A stretch of 64,000 bases of DNA from an uncultured delta proteobacterium (GTDB lineage Bacteria; Myxococcota; Kuafuiibacteriia; Kuafuiibacteriales; Kuafuiibacteriaceae), in assembly GCA_963803435.1 (NCBI GenBank), contig CAWDML010000002.1, positions 128,001 through 192,000 of the forward strand. Direction: 5' to 3'. Of this stretch, positions 31,161 through 41,510 are shown one piece after another (positions within the stretch are counted from its first letter, which is position 1; every line of letters starts with the position of its first letter). Made by a program: the position numbers and the translations under genes. The notes below the pieces were generated by a model, which was not told the DNA's origin, searched no databases, and saw only the letters and a list, made by a program, of their open reading frames with translations.

Positions 31161-33338
31161 TCACGGCCGAGATCGGACCACGGTGATCTCGGCGGGCTCG
31201 GCGCTGGTGACGACGTCGGGGCGTGCGTCGCCGTCGACGTCGGCGACCGCCCCATCGAGCGACCGACCGCGCAAGTAGAAGGAGTGGGCGCGCACGATTG
31301 ATCGGTCGCGACGCCCGAGGAGCACGGTGGTGAAGTCCTGCCGCTCGAGCGGGGAGACCGGGTGTCCGTTCGGGTCGACCGAGAGACCGCTGAAGACCGC
31401 GAGATTGTCGAGACCGTCGCCGTCGAAGTCGGCGACCGCGAGCTTCCAGGGCGCGAAGGGGACTGCCAGCACCGGACCCTCCGTGAGGGGCCCGCCGCGA
31501 CCGCCGAAGTAGAGGCGCACGTCGTCCGCGGTTCCGATGGCCAGATTGACGGCGCCGTCGCCGTCGAAGTCGCCGGCCGCGGCGCAGGAGGGACGGTGGA
31601 TTGGGAGCTCGCCGCCGGACCAGGCCACCGCTTCTTCGCCGCGAGCCACCACGATCTCGCTCCGACCGTCGCCGTCGAGGTCATCGACCGCGAGCAGCCG
31701 ATCGCCCGGGGTCGAGCGGAGCAGGGCGCCCGCAGGCGAGAAGACGTCGATCCGACCGCCGGCGGCGACGATCAGATCCGCGGCCCCATCGCCCGACACG
31801 TCCCCGGCGCGGAGCGCGGTGATCGCGCCGGTGACGGTGGCCGAGGCGACCGACAGCTCGAACGTGCCATCGCCGCGCCCGCGATGGATCGCGAGCGTCC
31901 CGCCGCCGGCGGTCGCGGCGTCGAGCGAGCCGTCGCCGTCGAGATCGGCGATCGCCAGCGACGAGGCGGCCACGCCCATCGGTTCGGGCGCGCCGAAGCC
32001 GCCTTCGCCCAGACCTCGCCGGAGCTCGAGGTCGGCCCCGGTGCAGCCGAGGAGATTGGGGAGACCGTCGCCGTCGAGGTCGGCGAGCTCGAAGCGAACG
32101 GTTGCGCGTTCACCTCCTCCGAAGGAGCGTACGCCCTCGTCCTCGCGGCCCAGGACGACGCCCAGGCTGTGGTGACGGGCGACGACGAAGTCGGGGCGAT
32201 CGTCACCGTCGAGGTCGGCCGGCTCGCCGAGGAGATTGAACGACAGCTTCACCGGATCTTCGAGCCCGCCCGCGCCCATCCCGTGGACGTATGCGTCGGC
32301 GCCGGCGAGCTCGACCAGCAGGGCGCTGCCATCGTGGTGGAGGTCCCACAGCGCCAGCGACTCCGCGCCGGGCGCGGCAGGTCGGGCCTCGAGCGCGTCG
32401 CCGGACGGGACCGCGACCACGCGCAGCGCTTCGTCGAGCACGGCCAGGCGCGGGCCGAGCCCGACCCAGCTCCTCCCGGCGGCCACCGCCGGTCCCGCCG
32501 GCACCAGGTGCGCGTCTTCATCCTCGAGCGGGAGGAGCGTGCCGTCGCGGAGGGTTCCCAGGAAGCCGGTCCGAGCGTCGAGCCCGAGCGGATAGGGCGA
32601 GAGAAAGAGCAGGTCGTCCCGCTGAAAGAGGATGACCAGATCGTCGAAGGTGCCGTCGCCGCGACCGCGCGCCCATCGCGCCACGCCGGTGTCGTCGGTC
32701 TCGTAGAGATTGAGGCGGCCGTCGCCGTCGACGTCGAGCAGGGCCGGCGACCATTCGCCTTCCGGAAGGTAGACGCCCGACGAGATCAGCTCGAACGTGG
32801 TGCGCCGATCGAGGAGCGCATAGACGCGGACGCGCGACTCGAGATCCTTGAGCGCGCCGAAGACGAGATCCGGGAGACCGTCGCCGTCGACGTCACCGAT
32901 CTGCGCGCCGCCCAGCGTGAACTCGCCGGTGCCGAACGTGAGGGGCGGATCGAAGGTTCCGTCGCCGCGCCCGCGGCGGAGTGTTCCGGTGGAGCGGCCC
33001 ACCACGACCAGATCGGCTGCGCCGTCGGCGTCCGCGTCGAGGAGGACGCGGATCGGCGCGCTCGCCGGGATCGGCGCGGTGAAGACCTCGGCCAGATCGA
33101 CGAGCACCGAGACCGTGGCGGTCGCGGTCCGGCCCTCCTCGACGACGACGAGATCGCTCCGCCCGTCGCCGGTCAGATCGCTCGCCGAGAGGAGCGAGAG
33201 GCTCTGCCAGCCCGCGGCGGTGCGAAGGAGCCGGGTCCGTCCCAGGCACACCGGAGCGTCGCAGCCCACCGGTGGAGGGACCTCGTCGCCGCAGCCGGCT
33301 CCGGCGAGGAGGCCGGCGAGGAGGAGGAGCGAGCGCAT
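31161..33338 (-). CDS. FG-GAP/VCBS repeat lipoprotein
   Basis: Lipobox GAG-C; more than ten D[LVF]DGDG repeats and GRGDGTF motifs. Confidence 0.9.
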   Translation of the reverse strand: MRSLLLLAGLLAGAGCGDEVPPPVGCDAPVCLGRTRLLRTAAGWQSLSLLSASDLTGDGRSDLVVVEEGRTATATVSVLVDLAEVFTAPIPASAPIRVLLDADADGAADLVVVGRSTGTLRRGRGDGTFDPPLTFGTGEFTLGGAQIGDVDGDGLPDLVFGALKDLESRVRVYALLDRRTTFELISSGVYLPEGEWSPALLDVDGDGRLNLYETDDTGVARWARGRGDGTFDDLVILFQRDDLLFLSPYPLGLDARTGFLGTLRDGTLLPLEDEDAHLVPAGPAVAAGRSWVGLGPRLAVLDEALRVVAVPSGDALEARPAAPGAESLALWDLHHDGSALLVELAGADAYVHGMGAGGLEDPVKLSFNLLGEPADLDGDDRPDFVVARHHSLGVVLGREDEGVRSFGGGERATVRFELADLDGDGLPNLLGCTGADLELRRGLGEGGFGAPEPMGVAASSLAIADLDGDGSLDAATAGGGTLAIHRGRGDGTFELSVASATVTGAITALRAGDVSGDGAADLIVAAGGRIDVFSPAGALLRSTPGDRLLAVDDLDGDGRSEIVVARGEEAVAWSGGELPIHRPSCAAAGDFDGDGAVNLAIGTADDVRLYFGGRGGPLTEGPVLAVPFAPWKLAVADFDGDGLDNLAVFSGLSVDPNGHPVSPLERQDFTTVLLGRRDRSIVRAHSFYLRGRSLDGAVADVDGDARPDVVTSAEPAEITVVRSRP

Positions 33339-33384
33339 CCGCAGCTACGAGCGTACGACGCCGGCGCGGAGCAGGACAGCCGCG

Positions 33385-34035
33385 CTATCGTGCCGGGAGC
33401 CGGGCGGTCCTCAGGCGGTCGCGGACGAGCGGGTTCAGCGAAGCGCACCGCAAGAGCTCTGCGACGCGGGCTTCGAAGGCCTCGGCCGCGGTCGGGCTGA
33501 GCCTGTAGTCGGCCCGCCGGCCGTAGAGGAAGTAGGGGATCTGGAGCGCGTTGTGGAGGTGCAGCTCGTTGTCCGAGGAGAGGTGGCGAAGGATCGCCCT
33601 CTCCATCTCGCGGGCTGGCACCGCGCGATGGATCATGGGCGCGAGCGACTGCAGCGCGGACGGATCGTTCAAGTTGAAGAGCACCCGATCGATCAGCTGT
33701 TGCCGGTGGGCCTCGTCGAAGCTCTCGGCCACCGTCGCGGCGGCTTGCATGGACGCCCGGTAGCTCCCGCCCGGAGCCACGTGATCGGGCGCGAGGGGAG
33801 TGAGCCGGTAGGTGAGGTACGCGAGCGCGGCGTCCTGCACGTTGCGGTCGATCCTCCTCTTCGCTTGCTCCGGTGGGAGGCGAAGCGTGGCCTCGGCGAA
33901 GGCCTCGAGCCGCGCCTGGGCGGTGTCGAAGGCGATCGAGGGGGGCTCGGCCGTCGACTGCGCGCGCAGCGCTTCGGCGGGGGTCGCGGGCGCGCCGTCG
34001 GTGGAGCCGGACTTGGCCTTGCGGATCGAGAACAT
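33385..34035 (-). CDS. Hypothetical helical protein, candidate immunity protein
   Basis: ATG 11 nt after the stop of the large toxin-like gene, GAGG RBS, no signal peptide. Confidence 0.6.
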   Translation of the reverse strand: MFSIRKAKSGSTDGAPATPAEALRAQSTAEPPSIAFDTAQARLEAFAEATLRLPPEQAKRRIDRNVQDAALAYLTYRLTPLAPDHVAPGGSYRASMQAAATVAESFDEAHRQQLIDRVLFNLNDPSALQSLAPMIHRAVPAREMERAILRHLSSDNELHLHNALQIPYFLYGRRADYRLSPTAAEAFEARVAELLRCASLNPLVRDRLRTARLPAR

Positions 34036-34046
34036 GGCGGGCTTCC

Positions 34047-37000
34047 TCACGGGAACATCTGCAGATACTGGGACGCCGGTAGGTCGCCGTAGACGTAACT
34101 GTGCATGGTGACGCGCGTGAGGTCGACCCCTTTCCACTCCAGGTAGCGAAGGAACTGAGCCGTCATCTCGGGCTCCGGCTGGTAGTGGCCGCTCCGATCG
34201 GAGATGCCCACGATCTGCCCGTTCTGCACCTCGAGCTCGCCCGCTGCGGCCACCGGCTTGCCGCTCAGGAAGCTCGAGTGGTGGAACTCGCCGACCGGGT
34301 ACTCGGTCGAGGAGTAGAGCTGGCCGTCGGGGCTCACGACGAAGATGCCCTTGTCGGTGCCGCTGAAGTTCGAGGCGCCCGTCGTGTCGTACGGTGTCCC
34401 GTCCGGCTTGATGAGCCGACCGCCGTTGTCGAACTCCATCCGATAGGCGCGCCGCTCGTTCTTGTCGAGGTACTCGACCTTCGTCCCCCAGACCGCGCCG
34501 GTCTCTTCTCCGTCGAAGCCGGGCTGGCGCGGCCGCGTCAGCGTGAGATTGTCGAGCAGGCCGAGCTGCTCGTCCGGCGACAGGTGGCGGAAGTAGGGCG
34601 ACACGGCGAGCTGCGCCCAATCGCTCTCGCCCAGGCCGCCAGTCCCGTTGACCCGCTCCTGGAGCCGCGCCTGGACCGACGGCTCGAACGATCCGTAGAC
34701 GATGTTGTCGCGGATCGCGTTCGCGTTGAACGGCTCCCAGGGCGAACCGCCGGCGGTCTTCGTGCCCGCGAACGTGCTGACGCCCCAGAAGCCCGCCGAC
34801 AGCGCGAGGTTAGCGCGTTGCCCGGGGCTGAGGTCGTTCCAGTTCGCGAAGAGCGTGTAGCCGGCGTTGCCGGCGGTGGCCGCGTCCACGGCGGATGTTC
34901 CCACGCGCAGGTACGCCGCCGTGGTGGCCGCGGGAAACGCCAGCTCGCTCCCCGCCTCGGCGAGCCGGCCCGCCACGCCGGTCGCCCCCAGCGTCAGGAG
35001 GCTGAGGGAGCCGGCGGCGACGCCGAACCAGGCCGCCCGCGATGACGGATCGGACAGTGAGATCGACTGTCCGTGCTGCGAGCGATCGATGAGCTCGGAG
35101 GCGCTGCGATAGGTGGTCCAGGCCGTGGCGGCACCGACCACCAGCGGGGCGAGGATCCCGTCCGATCCGAGCAGGATCGCTCCGCCGGCGATCACGCCGC
35201 CGACCAGCGCTGCATCGTCGAGGACCGCAGCGACCTTCTCGCCGAAGGTGTCCGGCGTGCGCGGCGTGTTTCCGCTCTCGAGCTTCGGATCGCTCCCGCT
35301 CAGGTGACCGCCGGCGGGATAGACCATGTTCCCGGGCGGGAGCTGGTTGTTCGCCTTCCAGTCGTCGAAGGACTGGTAGACGCGCCCGGTGTTGTCGACG
35401 AACCTGTCCCGGCCGGTCGCTTGGTCCTGCACGCGGAACAACGGGACCTGGACGGCTCCGGTGTCCTTCGACGCGTACTGCACCGGGAGGACCGTGACGT
35501 TGGCGTTGGGGCCGCCGACGTTGCGGATCGATTGCACGATCGGATCGATGACCTTGCTCGCCGGCTCGCCCTGGTAGTACGAGAACGTCCCGTTCGCGAC
35601 CGCCTGCTCGCGCGCGTTGCGCTGGGCTTCCGTCTCGTTCGCGGGGACGCCCTGCGGCGGGAAGCCGAGCGCGAAACCGACCGTGTTGTCGAGGTCGGTC
35701 CCCGACAACGCCTGCGGAGCATCGCCGCGGAGCTCCGCGTACTGCCGTGCGGTCGGCGCGGCGAGGGCGGTGGTGACGGCCTTGTTGTCGTAGACGCTGT
35801 CCGTCTGCTTCAGGAACTTTGCGTCCCACTCGGGGTGGGACTTCACGAGATCGAGGTTCTGGAGGCGCTGCCCGAGCGTCAGATGGTCGTTCGCGAGGAG
35901 CTGCCGTCCCTGCTTGGTGTCGAGCACGCCCGCGAGACGCTGCGACTCCGCGTGGCTCTTGGCGGAGTCGTCCGGATACCAGTGGTGCGCGAGGGCGTTC
36001 GCCATCTTCTCGCGAAGGTCGCCGGGGAAGCCGGACTGGTAGGCGGACTCGCCGGTGGTCGCGAACGCGGCGTCGGTCAGCGAGCGCGAGGCCGCGGTCG
36101 GCTGACCGCGCCCGGCGGCCTCGAGGAGCAGGCTGCCCGCATAGACCTTTTCCTCTCCGTCGGCCGCCGACCCGAAGGCAAAGCTGCCGCCGTCGTGCAG
36201 GGCGTTCGGATCCTCGAGGCCGAGCGCGGCGTAGAACCGGCCGGACTTCTCCGGGCCCAAGTGCTCGATCAGATCGCGCCGCGCCTGGGGCGTCTTCGCG
36301 TCCCACAGCGTCGCATCGGTGGCGAGGCTCGCCGCGATCGCCAGGTCGTGATGATCGGCGTCGTCGTTGCTCGAGAGCTCCACTGCGCGATCGGCGTAGG
36401 CGGTCGCCACCAGCTGACCGAGGTTCGGATCCGAGCCGGCCTTCCGCGCCAGCAGGCTCATCGAGGAGAAGTCCACGTTTCGATCGATGCTCTTCTTGTC
36501 CTTGTCCTCCCAGCGCGTGAGCGTCTGATCGATCAGGTACCGCTGCTCCGTCGGCGTGAGCGTCCCGAGCTCCGACTTTCCCTGGAGCGCGTCCATCACC
36601 CGCGAGACGTCCTCGTCCGCGAAGCCGTTCGCCTGCTTCCTGAGCTTCTCGTTGTAGGCGTCGATCTCGGCCCGGCAATCGGTCGTCGAGCCCCCGCCCC
36701 CGACGTCGTCGGCGGCCACCTTCTGGTAGAGGTGATCGGCGACCTTCGAGAGCCCGAGGTCGTCGATCAGCGTGTCACGACCGCCGGGGCCGTCCCCGGG
36801 AGGCGCGGCCAGGATGCGCTTCATGTCGGTGGCGGGGACGCGCGCCGCCTCCACGTACTGCGGATTTCTCTTCTGGTAGCCTTCGAGCGATCGGTACGTG
36901 GTCTCGGTCTTCGGATCCCACACGCTCTTGTTCGGCTTCAAGACGACGGCGTGGCCCGGCTGGGTCGGATCCTTGTCGTCGAGGAGGACAATCTGATCGC

Positions 37001-37364
37001 CCGGCCTCGCGTCGACGGTGGCGACGACCAGGCAGTTCTTGTTGTCGAGCCCTTCGGTCCGGAGCGTGCTCGCCTGGGCGCTGGGATCCTCGTGGATCCG
37101 ATCCGACGCGAGCCTCGACTGGAGCTGGGTCTGGCGCTGCGCGGCCCCCGACTCGAACCAGAAGCGCGACTGGGCGGCCTGCGCGCCCTCGACCGTGGGT
37201 CGCGGGGTTGCGGGCGCCTGCGTGGAGGCCGGGGCCGTCTGGTCCTCGGCCGGCTTCGCCTCGGCGGGGGCCGGCGGTGGCGCGGTCTCCGTGTTGGTCG
37301 TCTCTTTGAGCTCCTGCGTCTGCGGTTTGCGAACATCGGAGCCGACCGGAACAACCATGACCAT
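34047..37364 (-). CDS. Large multidomain protein, candidate polymorphic toxin (papain-like N-domain, DUF4781-like core, C-terminal HHSSF/SGHY domain)
   Basis: NCL...GHAVV...WDP; VPLFRV...FVDNTGRVYQSFDDW..NNQLPPG; hydrophobic helices; FHHSSFLSGKPVAAAGEL...SGHYQP. Confidence 0.75.
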   Translation of the reverse strand: MVMVVPVGSDVRKPQTQELKETTNTETAPPPAPAEAKPAEDQTAPASTQAPATPRPTVEGAQAAQSRFWFESGAAQRQTQLQSRLASDRIHEDPSAQASTLRTEGLDNKNCLVVATVDARPGDQIVLLDDKDPTQPGHAVVLKPNKSVWDPKTETTYRSLEGYQKRNPQYVEAARVPATDMKRILAAPPGDGPGGRDTLIDDLGLSKVADHLYQKVAADDVGGGGSTTDCRAEIDAYNEKLRKQANGFADEDVSRVMDALQGKSELGTLTPTEQRYLIDQTLTRWEDKDKKSIDRNVDFSSMSLLARKAGSDPNLGQLVATAYADRAVELSSNDDADHHDLAIAASLATDATLWDAKTPQARRDLIEHLGPEKSGRFYAALGLEDPNALHDGGSFAFGSAADGEEKVYAGSLLLEAAGRGQPTAASRSLTDAAFATTGESAYQSGFPGDLREKMANALAHHWYPDDSAKSHAESQRLAGVLDTKQGRQLLANDHLTLGQRLQNLDLVKSHPEWDAKFLKQTDSVYDNKAVTTALAAPTARQYAELRGDAPQALSGTDLDNTVGFALGFPPQGVPANETEAQRNAREQAVANGTFSYYQGEPASKVIDPIVQSIRNVGGPNANVTVLPVQYASKDTGAVQVPLFRVQDQATGRDRFVDNTGRVYQSFDDWKANNQLPPGNMVYPAGGHLSGSDPKLESGNTPRTPDTFGEKVAAVLDDAALVGGVIAGGAILLGSDGILAPLVVGAATAWTTYRSASELIDRSQHGQSISLSDPSSRAAWFGVAAGSLSLLTLGATGVAGRLAEAGSELAFPAATTAAYLRVGTSAVDAATAGNAGYTLFANWNDLSPGQRANLALSAGFWGVSTFAGTKTAGGSPWEPFNANAIRDNIVYGSFEPSVQARLQERVNGTGGLGESDWAQLAVSPYFRHLSPDEQLGLLDNLTLTRPRQPGFDGEETGAVWGTKVEYLDKNERRAYRMEFDNGGRLIKPDGTPYDTTGASNFSGTDKGIFVVSPDGQLYSSTEYPVGEFHHSSFLSGKPVAAAGELEVQNGQIVGISDRSGHYQPEPEMTAQFLRYLEWKGVDLTRVTMHSYVYGDLPASQYLQMFP

Positions 37365-37422
37365 TCATCTCGGGGAACCGGTCCGCCGCGTGGCCATTAC
37401 ACGGCTCTTACGGCGCAAATTT

Positions 37423-38140
37423 TTACTTGTGGCCGACCCCGAGCTTCTTCTTGAGCTCCGGGATCAGGCGGCGGCTGACCTGGACCACCTGGCCGTCGCT
37501 CAGCTCGACGCTGCCACCGCGACCCTCGAGCATCAGTCGTTTGACGCGCGTGAGATTGATCAGCTCGCGCCGATGGACGCGTATGAAGTCGTGCGCCTCG
37601 AGCAGCGCCTCCAGATCGTCCAGGCTCCGCTCGAGCAACATCTCGCGATCGCCCGCCATGAAGACGACATACTTGTCGGAGGCGAAGAAGCGCGTGATCT
37701 CCCGGGCGTCGAAGATCTCGAACGTCTCCTGGTGTCGCGCCGTGATGCGGACCGGTTTGGCCGCGGTGCGCAGGTCGCGCAAGACCTCGGTCAGCTGGCG
37801 CGCACGGGCCTTCTCGAGGGCGCGAAACAGACGCTCTTTCGTGATCGGCTTGGTCACGTAGTCGACGGCCGAGACCTCGAACGCGTCGGCGGCGAACTCG
37901 GGGTGGGCGGTGGTGAAGATGATCGGCGGCAGCCCCGGCTCGCGCGCCAGGCTCAGGCCGTCGAGACCGGGCATCTGCACGTCGAGCAGCATGAGAATCG
38001 GGGCGGAGCAATCGACACCCGGCGAGCGCCTCGGTGGCGTTCGACGCCTCCCCGGCGACCTCGACGTCGGGTGCTTCGGAGAGCAGCTGCCGGAGGCGAA
38101 GCCGGGCGAGCGGCTCGTCGTCGACGATCAGGATCTTCAT
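37423..38140 (-). CDS. LytTR-family response regulator; +1 frameshift at ~37997
   Basis: MKILIVDDEPLAR; LLDVQMPGLDG; FIRVHRRELIN; VSRR. Confidence 0.93.
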
Positions 38141-39184
38141 CGGGTCTCCATCGGGATCTGGAGCGTGCTCTGGTAGTGGTCCTCGAACGGACCGTGATCG
38201 ACCGTCGCCCGATCGCCGTAGGCGAGCTCGAGCCGCTGGCGGATGATCTCGAGGCTCTTGCCGCTTCCCGGGGCGTCGGAGGATCCGCCGGTGGTGTTCG
38301 TGACCTCGACGCGGAGCCCGCCTGCGCTCGCGAACGCCCGCAGCTGGATGGTTCGTTCTCCCTCGGTGCGGGCCACGCCGTGCTTGACCGCGTTCTCGAA
38401 TCAGGGGCTGAACGATCAGGGGCGGGACGAGCACCTGCTCGACGCTCGGATCGACCTCGAGCCGATAGCCGAGACCGTCGTATCGGAGCGCCTCGATCTC
38501 CAGGTATTTCTCGACCACGTCGAGCTCGGTGCGGAGCGGGATCGCAGGTACGTGCGTGAAGTTCAGCATGAAGCGGAACAGATCCGACATCTTCTCGATG
38601 CTTCGCGTCGCCAGCGCGGGATCGATCGCGACCAGACAGGCGATCGTGTTGAGGGCGTTGAAGAGGAAGTGCGGGTTCGTGCGGATCTGCAACGCTTCCA
38701 GCTGCGCCATGCGCGCTTCACGCTCCGCCAGATCCTTTTCGCGCCGGCTGACGACCGCCTGCTGGCGCATCCGGTCGTAGGCGGCCACCACGGTCACCAG
38801 GACGCCGCCGTAGACCAGCCCGAACCGGTAGAATTGCACGCGGAACCCGAGCGCGTCGTCGGGCTTGATCGCGAGGTACGGGACGGCCCGTATCAGCTCG
38901 GCGCCGACCGCGACGCCGACGGCGAGGATCGTCAGATGCGCAGCGATCAGCGCCGTCCCGCTCCGGCGGCGATGCAGTAGCGGCGGAATCACCAGCGCGT
39001 AGACCCCGTGGATGATGCCGAGGGTGCAGGCGACGCTGATCGCGCTCTTGAACAGGTTGCTGGGGTCGGTGATCTCCGTGATCGGTGTCGCGAGGACGGT
39101 GACCAGGGGCGGGCCGAGGAGATACGAGACCCAGAAGATCGGCGAGAGCTCGCGCCACGGTCGCAGGAAAAGCGGGTGCTCCAC
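38137..39184 (-). CDS. LytS/YehU-family sensor histidine kinase; +1 frameshift at ~38400 (alternative start 39241)
   Basis: Several TM helices; NPHFLFNALN; YLEIEALRY; QPL-I-ENAVKHG after correction. Confidence 0.9.
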
Positions 39185-39233
39185 CGCCGTTGACTCTCGT
39201 GCGATCGGCCGGCGCTGGCAATCGTCCGCCGGC

Positions 39234-39263
39234 CCGCTCATCGGGAGCAGGTGTCCGATCGTC
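39234..39263 (+). promoter_or_regulatory. Putative LytTR (AlgR-like) tandem binding sites upstream of the P450
   Basis: CCGCTCATC (39234) and CCGATCGTC (39255), 21 bp apart, resembling the AlgR box CCGTTCGTC. Confidence 0.55.
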
Positions 39264-39307
39264 GGCCGGCGCTGCCGCTAGCCCTCGACACCGGGTACGC
39301 GGAGGGC

Positions 39308-40783
39308 ATGACTCAGCTCGCTCTCGCCGCCGTGATGAAGAAGCCGGCCAGGATGCCCGGGCCCTCGTGGCTCGAATCGCTCCTGACGCTGCCGGCGTTT
39401 CGACGGAGTCCCATCGCCGTGCTCGAGCGTTGGTTCGAGCAGTACGGCGACACCGTGAAGATCGGTGGTGGACCGCGCACCTTTCACCTGTTCGTGAAAC
39501 CTGAGGACGTCGGCCACGTCCTCCTCGACAACCACAAGAACTACTCGAAGCAGATGATGGGCTATCGGAAGCTCGCGCTGGTGCTCGGCAAGGGCCTGGT
39601 CACCAGCGACGGAGAGGAGTGGCGGATGCGCCGGCGGACCGCTCAGCCGGCGTTCCATCGGGCGAGGATCGCGTCGTTCGCCGAGCAGATGACGAGCGCG
39701 ACGGAGCGGATGCTCGACGAGTGGGCGGCGAGGCCGGATCCGGTCATCGACGTTGGTGAGGAGATGATGGGTCTGGCGTTCCGGATCGTCGGCGCGACTC
39801 TGATGAGCCGGGATCTGTCGGACCTCGACGAACGATCGATCGGCTCCCAGGTCACGCTGGTGATGGAATACATCGCGGATCGCATGATTAGGATTGTCGA
39901 CTGGCCGGAGTGGATCCCGACGCAGGGCAACCTCCGCTTCAAGAGGGCGCTCGCCGGGTTCGACGCGCTCGTCTACCAGGGGATCAGGGAGCGCGCGCGG
40001 GGGACGGAGCGACCGAACGACCTCCTGTCGATGCTGCTGGACGCGCGCGATCCGGAGACCGGTGCGGCCTTCACCGAGGCACAGATCCGGGACGAGGTCG
40101 TCACCATCATGGGCGCCGGCCACGAGACCACCGCCAGCACGCTCGGCTGGACCTGGCACCTGCTCGCGCGCCACCCGCAGGTAGAGGCGGACCTCCACCA
40201 GGAGCTCGCGTGCGTGCTGGGCGGGAGGATCCCGACGTTCGACGACCTGCCCCAGCTGGGCCTCACGCAATGCATCATCGAGGAGGCGATGCGCCTCCAT
40301 CCGCCGGTGTGGATCCTCTCTCGCCGCGCGCTCGACGACGACGAGATCGGAGGACGGAGGATCGAGAAGGGATCGAACGTCCTGCTCAGCCCGTACCTCA
40401 CGCATCGCCACCCCGACCTCTGGCCAGACGCCGCCGCGTTCAGGCCCGAGCGCTTCCGTGCCGCGAGCAAGGAGCTGATGCCTCGCTTCGCCTACTATCC
40501 GTTCGGCGGCGGCCCTCGCACGTGCATCGGAAATCACTTCGCGATGATGGAGGCCACCCTGCTGCTCGCGACGATCGCGCAGCGGTTCCGTCTCACCGAG
40601 GTGTCCGCGCCCGAGACGGAGATCAGCGTGACGCTCCGGCCGAGAGGGTTGCGGATGCGGATGATGGTCCGTACCCCGAGCCCGCGGGCGCCGCGCGTCC
40701 GATCCGCTGGAACGCTGGCGGAGAAACCAATGTCGGAGCGGAGCGTCGTTCAGAGCGATCCTTCATCGCGCTCAATCCCTTGA
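39308..40783 (+). CDS. Cytochrome P450
   Basis: GAGHETT, EAMR (ExxR), FRPERF, FGGGPRTCIG; GGAGG RBS. Confidence 0.97.
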   Translation: MTQLALAAVMKKPARMPGPSWLESLLTLPAFRRSPIAVLERWFEQYGDTVKIGGGPRTFHLFVKPEDVGHVLLDNHKNYSKQMMGYRKLALVLGKGLVTSDGEEWRMRRRTAQPAFHRARIASFAEQMTSATERMLDEWAARPDPVIDVGEEMMGLAFRIVGATLMSRDLSDLDERSIGSQVTLVMEYIADRMIRIVDWPEWIPTQGNLRFKRALAGFDALVYQGIRERARGTERPNDLLSMLLDARDPETGAAFTEAQIRDEVVTIMGAGHETTASTLGWTWHLLARHPQVEADLHQELACVLGGRIPTFDDLPQLGLTQCIIEEAMRLHPPVWILSRRALDDDEIGGRRIEKGSNVLLSPYLTHRHPDLWPDAAAFRPERFRAASKELMPRFAYYPFGGGPRTCIGNHFAMMEATLLLATIAQRFRLTEVSAPETEISVTLRPRGLRMRMMVRTPSPRAPRVRSAGTLAEKPMSERSVVQSDPSSRSIP

Positions 40784-40848
40784 GATCCGTGCCTGGTGTC
40801 GGCGAGCCGCGTCCGCACGGAACCACCGCGGACCACCGCCTACGAGCG

Positions 40849-41403
40849 TCATCCCATGGGAACGTAGTTGATCTTCTGCCCGCCGACCGAGACCTCGACC
40901 ATCGCGCCCCCCTTGGGCTCCACGAAGACGGCCATGCCGTGCGAGAACGGCGCCGAAGCCGCTGCGCCGCTGGTGATGGCGATGGCAGACATGTCCGCCG
41001 TCAGGTTGAGCGTCCCCGACTTCAGGCGCTCGACCGCGGCCGGAGTCTGAAACACGATGACCTCCGAGAAGCTCTGGCCGCCGAGCTGCGCCCCGATGGA
41101 CGCCTGGTTCAGCTCGACGAACCCGGTCTGCTTGCCGTTCTGATAGAGGATGCCCTTGCCGTAGGCCCCGCCGACGATCGCTCCGCCCTTCCCGACGGTC
41201 GGGAAGACGGCGTAGGCGGTGGAGCGATCGATCACGCGTTTCAAGCTCGGGTCCTTGGCGATGAGCGAGTCGAGCGCGTGCTGGGCGTCTGCGGACAGGT
41301 CCGCGCGCCCCTCCTGCGTCTTCGGGACGGTGGCGCAACCGATGGGAAGCGCGAGTCCCAGGGCGCAAAAACCGAGGGCCGCAACACTGAGCGGTTTCAA
41401 CAT
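40849..41403 (-). CDS. Ysc84/SYLF lipid-binding domain lipoprotein
   Basis: AYAVFPTVGKGGAIVGGAYGKG..QASIGAQLGGQ..GGQK. Confidence 0.88.
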   Translation of the reverse strand: MLKPLSVAALGFCALGLALPIGCATVPKTQEGRADLSADAQHALDSLIAKDPSLKRVIDRSTAYAVFPTVGKGGAIVGGAYGKGILYQNGKQTGFVELNQASIGAQLGGQSFSEVIVFQTPAAVERLKSGTLNLTADMSAIAITSGAAASAPFSHGMAVFVEPKGGAMVEVSVGGQKINYVPMG

Positions 41404-41510
41404 GGTGCTGGTCTCCTTGCGCGATGGTGGTGTGCAAGGCGGAGGCCAGTGGACCCAGTGGACCGCCACGGTTCGGGATCGCGGCGCCCGGACACACTGT
41501 CCCGATGCGC

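Noticed and set aside
37385-37430. sigma28-like promoter (TAAA-N16-GCCGTGTA) before the toxin-like gene
   Set aside because: Spacing and -10 match are imperfect; too weak to call.
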